Origin: an uncultured Bacteroidales bacterium
GTDB lineage: Bacteria; Bacteroidota; Bacteroidia; Bacteroidales; UBA932
Reading direction: 5' to 3'
Length of the DNA stretch: 64,000 nt
Assembly (NCBI GenBank): GCA_946185745.1
Contig: CAMHKQ010000003.1
Span: forward strand, 1,742-65,741
Shown here: one piece after another, positions 60,593 through 64,000 of the stretch
Position numbering within the stretch: the stretch's first letter is position 1
How the letters are laid out: each line of letters begins with the position of its first letter
Position numbers and translations under genes: made by a program
The notes under the pieces: generated by a model
What the model was told of the DNA's origin: nothing
Seen by the model: only the letters and a program-made list of their open reading frames with translations
Database searches by the model: none

Positions 60593-61626
60593 CGAACGAA
60601 CAGATCCAACAGGTCATCGACGAGCTCAAGGCTCTCAATGCCAAGACAGCCAAGGAAGTAGAAGAAGCGAGAATACGTTTTCTCGGAAAGAAGGGCTCCA
60701 TCACCGCCCTCTTCGAGGAGTTCCGCACCATCGCCCCCGAGTACAAGAAACTCTACGGCAAGGCGCTCAACGTGCTCAAGCAAGAGGCCATCGCCAAGAT
60801 AGAGGAGCTCCGCGAGGCGGCCGAGAATGACATAGCTTCCGGCCGCGCCGTCGAAGACATGTCGCTCCCCGGCAGCGGGTATGAACTGGGCTCCAGACAT
60901 CCCGTCTCGATAGTCCGCCAGGAAATAGTGGACATCTTCCGCAAATTCGGATACGACGTGGCCGAAGGCCCCGAAATCGAAGACGACTGGCATGTGTTCG
61001 AGGCTCTCAACTTCCCGCCGAACCACCCCGCCAGGGACATGCAGGACACGTTCTTCGTAAGCGCAGGGCATAAGAACCCGCTCCTCCTCCGCACCCACAC
61101 TTCGAGCGTACAGGTGCGCGCCATGGAAAAGCTCAAGCTGCCCATCCGCGTCATCTGCCCCGGCCGCGTGTTCCGCAACGAGGCCATTTCGGCCCGCGCC
61201 CACTGCATCTTCCATCAGGTGGAAGGCCTCTACATCGACGAGAACGTCACCTTCGCAGACCTCAAGCAGGCCATCCTGCTCTTCGTCCGCGAGATGTTCG
61301 GCGCCGACGCCAAGATCCGCATGCGCCCGTCCTACTTCCCCTTCACCGAACCCTCGAGCGAGGTGGACGTGAGCTGCAACATCTGCCACGGCAAGGGTTG
61401 CAACATCTGCAAGGGCACCGGCTGGCTGGAAATCATGGGCTGCGGAATGGTAGACCCCAACGTGCTGGAAGCCAACGGCATAGACAGCAAGAAATACAGC
61501 GGTTTCGCCTTCGGAATGGGCATCGAGCGCATAGCCATGCTCAAGTGGCAGGTGAACGACCTGCGCCACTATTTCGAGAACGATCTCCGCTTCCTGCACG
61601 AATTCGACAGCGCGCTGGAAGTATAG
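60589..61626 (+). CDS. pheS: Phenylalanine--tRNA ligase alpha subunit
   Basis: HPARDMQDTF, LLRTHTS, FHQVEG, RPSYFPFTEPS, GFAFGMGIER. Confidence 0.98.
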   Translation: MTNEQIQQVIDELKALNAKTAKEVEEARIRFLGKKGSITALFEEFRTIAPEYKKLYGKALNVLKQEAIAKIEELREAAENDIASGRAVEDMSLPGSGYELGSRHPVSIVRQEIVDIFRKFGYDVAEGPEIEDDWHVFEALNFPPNHPARDMQDTFFVSAGHKNPLLLRTHTSSVQVRAMEKLKLPIRVICPGRVFRNEAISARAHCIFHQVEGLYIDENVTFADLKQAILLFVREMFGADAKIRMRPSYFPFTEPSSEVDVSCNICHGKGCNICKGTGWLEIMGCGMVDPNVLEANGIDSKKYSGFAFGMGIERIAMLKWQVNDLRHYFENDLRFLHEFDSALEV

Positions 61627-61646
61627 CTGCGCATAATGGACTAATT

Positions 61647-61686
61647 CGCCTCAAGGCTCCTGTCGGGGCTTTTGGGGCGTTTTTTT
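61647..61686 (+). terminator. Intrinsic terminator after pheS
   Basis: CGCCTCAAGGCTCC / GGGGCTTTGGGGCG G-U-containing stem followed by T8. Confidence 0.65.
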
Positions 61687-61745
61687 ACTTTTTTTGAATT
61701 TTTTTTTGCGCTTTCAAAAAATCGCCTTATATTTGCAATCCCGAC

Positions 61746-61818
61746 GCGGAAATAGCTCAGTTGGTAGAGCGCGACCTTGCCAAGGTCGAGGTCGCGGGTC
61801 CGAATCCCGTTTTCCGCT
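61746..61818 (+). tRNA. tRNA-Gly(GCC), CCA not encoded
   Basis: GCGGAAA/TTTCCGC acceptor stem, AGCTCAGTTGGTAGAGC D-arm, GCC anticodon, T-arm; TATATTTG upstream. Confidence 0.95.
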
Positions 61819-62003
61819 CAAAACGAAGAAGCCTGGTGCAAATGCACCGGGCTTTTTTGGTATCAGGCCTTGAAAGCTCGCTTTCACAAGGCCTGGCACA
61901 AAAAAAGCCCACCGCAGCGTAGCTGCGAGGCTTCTTCCGTTTTGACACCCCCTCCCCAGGGATAGCGCAAGCCGCCGAAGGCGGCGCAGCGGAATCCCGA
62001 GGG
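61818..62003. repeat. Structured inverted-repeat element abutting tRNA-Gly
   Basis: 61818-61872 and 61887-61945 are diverged inverted copies; extra nested hairpin at 61949-62003. Confidence 0.8.
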
Positions 62004-62077
62004 CAAAAAGTATCCTCAATTTGTTGAATTACGCGAGATTGACTATATTTGCGGCAATACAATAAAAAAGGAATACC

Positions 62078-62446
62078 ATGTTGTCAACCATCATCCTTTC
62101 CCTGGCGCTTCTCACAAGCAGCATCAGCGCCCAGAACGCTCCCGCAGCTGCCGTAACCGTAACGCCGGCACAGCCGCTTAAATACTATTTCATCAACGAG
62201 AAACCGGCAACTGCCGAAGCTTTCGACACTGCAGACGTTTCCGCCCTGGCAGTCCGCTACACCGACAACGCCGTTGAATACAGGGCCTTCACTTCCGACT
62301 GCCGTTTCGTCCTTTTCGACGGCAACTCCAAGAAAGCCCTCACCCCCATGGAATTCTCACGGATATATACTCCCGAAACGTACGAGATTGACATCCTCGA
62401 TCCCGTCGACGGCATCCGGCTGGTGATAATCCGCAAAAAGAAATAA
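62078..62446 (+). CDS. Small exported hypothetical protein
   Basis: TATATTTG box upstream; signal peptide; host-like codon usage. Confidence 0.6.
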   Translation: MLSTIILSLALLTSSISAQNAPAAAVTVTPAQPLKYYFINEKPATAEAFDTADVSALAVRYTDNAVEYRAFTSDCRFVLFDGNSKKALTPMEFSRIYTPETYEIDILDPVDGIRLVIIRKKK

Positions 62447-62463
62447 TTAAAAATAACAATTAC

Positions 62464-63072
62464 ATGAAAAAGATTCTGTTCTTCCTTGCAGCAGCCGCAG
62501 CGCTTGCTGCATGTACTCCCAAGCAGACCGCCAAGGTAGAGAAGCTCCTCTGCCCCCACAGCGGCATGCTTAAGGGCGTTGTCGTCACTTACGACGCCCT
62601 GATTGACAAAGCCTCCGTTAATGAAGACACCTACGAGGTGGAAGGTCCCGAAGTGGCCGCCGTAATCGTTGACAGCACACGCGTATTCATCAAGTTCGCC
62701 GCCCCCAAGAAGCACGAATGCGAAATGGAAGAGGGTTGCGAGAAGCATGAAGGTTGCGACAAACACGAAGGATGCGAGAAAGCCGAAGGTTGCGATGAGA
62801 AGAAGGAAGGCTGCGAGAAGCACGAAGGCTGTGAAAAGCACGAAGGCTGCGAAAAACACGAAGGCTGCGATGAGAAGAAGGAAGGCTGCGAGCACCACGA
62901 GAGTTGCGAAGAAAAGGCTGAAGGCTGTGAGCACCACGAAGGCTGTGAAAAGCCCGAAGCTCCCAAGGATTGCTGCGAAGCTCCCGAAATCACCGTAAAG
63001 CAGGCCAAGGACATCAAAACCGTCGACGGCAAGATCGTCAAGGCGTGGAAAGAAGCCGTAAAGGCCCTCTAG
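62464..63072 (+). CDS. Lipoprotein with Ig-like domain interrupted by a Cys/His/Glu/Lys repeat array
   Basis: LAAC lipobox; CEKHEG-type repeats at 62719-62976. Confidence 0.8.
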   Translation: MKKILFFLAAAAALAACTPKQTAKVEKLLCPHSGMLKGVVVTYDALIDKASVNEDTYEVEGPEVAAVIVDSTRVFIKFAAPKKHECEMEEGCEKHEGCDKHEGCEKAEGCDEKKEGCEKHEGCEKHEGCEKHEGCDEKKEGCEHHESCEEKAEGCEHHEGCEKPEAPKDCCEAPEITVKQAKDIKTVDGKIVKAWKEAVKAL

Positions 63073-63141
63073 ACCGGCATCATCGTGCGCTCCGCCGATT
63101 TAGGCCGTGAGCGCAAACACCTGATAATCATAAAATTATCT

Positions 63142-63174
63142 AAAATCGCCTCGGAAATAATCCGAGGCGATTTT
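63142..63174. terminator. Bidirectional terminator between convergent genes
   Basis: AAAATCGCCTCGGA / TCCGAGGCGATTTT perfect stem. Confidence 0.85.
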
Positions 63175-63212
63175 GCTTAACACGGTGATTTTCAGGCAAT
63201 TCCGCTCACGCA

Positions 63213-63707
63213 TCAGAATGCGTACGAGACGGTGATGCTGTTGAGTATAGGTATGAACATTCCCAAGAAGGCATCACCTTTCGACTTGCCCGTCCAAGGC
63301 ATACCGTGCGTTGCAAGGGTCAGTGAAAGGCGTTTGTAGAGAAGTCCGAGACGGACAGAGCCCCATGCACCACTAAACCGCAATTGCTGCCCCGACCAGG
63401 CTGGTCCCATTCCTATGCCAATGAAAGGAGAAAAAACCTTCTCCCTGCTCCTGAAACGACAGTCGCCATAAGCCATTAGGGTCGCATACGTCGAGAAATC
63501 GCTCTCGACATTGACTCCAGCAGAAAAATGGTTGCCGAAATGATGTCTGTACGCACCAGACAGGGCAAAACCGAAATATTGAGTATAAAAGGGCTCAACG
63601 ACCACCCCGCCTCCAACTTCAAAGGTATTCCGGCGCAAAGGTTCCGTTGCGCCAAGACTGACAGGCGCAATGCACGCAATCGCAAGTATAAGCAAGAAAC
63701 GTTTCAT
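63213..63707 (-). CDS. Hypothetical small outer-membrane beta-barrel protein
   Basis: Signal peptide MKRFLLILAIACIAPVSLG; alternating aromatic strands; terminal VSYAF; lower GC. Confidence 0.6.
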   Translation of the reverse strand: MKRFLLILAIACIAPVSLGATEPLRRNTFEVGGGVVVEPFYTQYFGFALSGAYRHHFGNHFSAGVNVESDFSTYATLMAYGDCRFRSREKVFSPFIGIGMGPAWSGQQLRFSGAWGSVRLGLLYKRLSLTLATHGMPWTGKSKGDAFLGMFIPILNSITVSYAF

Positions 63708-63794
63708 AATACTATATAAACACAACAATCATTGAAATGCGTCACTATCCGACACTTACATTGTGTACACCGGACGGATTTGGGTGCCGGCCGC

Positions 63795-64000
63795 TCACGG
63801 AATCAGCGTCGAGCCCTTTATGATTCTATCACCGACGGTTTCGTCCTCAACCAGGAAACGAACCTGGATTTGGGCCCCTTCAGGAATGTCTGCGTCACAG
63901 AAAAAAGAATAGGCTCTTACTAATATGGGGTGCAACTGCACAAATTCATCTACGGAACGTCTGTGTGATTCTTTTGTCCACTTAGCTGCCTCTTTGCACT
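63795..64000 (-). CDS. 3' end of a hypothetical gene truncated by the window edge
   Basis: Open frame ...SVDEFVQLHPILVRAYSFFCDADIPEGAQIQVRFLVEDETVGDRIIKGSTLIP* ending TGA at 63795. Confidence 0.5.
   Translation of the reverse strand, partial: CKEAAKWTKESHRRSVDEFVQLHPILVRAYSFFCDADIPEGAQIQVRFLVEDETVGDRIIKGSTLIP

Noticed and set aside
60589-61626. pheS without pheT
   Set aside because: Separation of pheS and pheT is normal in Bacteroidetes
61746-63200. Integrative element or prophage at tRNA-Gly
   Set aside because: No integrase, no duplicated tRNA 3' end, and the two adjacent genes have host-like codon usage

Overview
A 64 kb, GC-rich chromosomal window from a Bacteroidales bacterium. The assignment is inferred from TAnnTTTG -7 promoter boxes, Bacteroidetes-type r-proteins, and DUF4270/DUF4294-like genes. 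It holds mostly housekeeping genes: a xylose operon (xylB-xylA-xylE), an ECF sigma factor with a putative trans-envelope anti-sigma, tsaE, comM, lipid genes, two nagB-family genes, a membrane pyrophosphatase, the S10/spc/alpha ribosomal genes, uvrC, acpP, dacA, mutS2, peptidases, a GH29 fucosidase, fprA-rubredoxin, pheS and tRNA-Gly. I found no CRISPR array, integrase or transposase. The most unusual observations are: (1) the ribosomal superoperon is cut between rpsC and rplP by about 10 kb of unrelated genes and also lacks rpsJ before rplC, and the pieces carry their own promoters and terminators; (2) a lipoprotein carries a 15-Cys/10-His CEKHEG repeat array inserted in an Ig-like domain; (3) a roughly 190 nt nested inverted-repeat element begins at the 3' base of tRNA-Gly; (4) a half glycosyltransferase is paired with a lipoprotein carrying a Tyr/Gly prion-like insert; (5) several proteins look like pseudoenzymes (Fic, the NagB domain of a fusion, a GDP-mannose pyrophosphorylase-like protein); (6) many transcripts appear nearly leaderless. 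Family assignments come from motif recognition by eye, not database searches.
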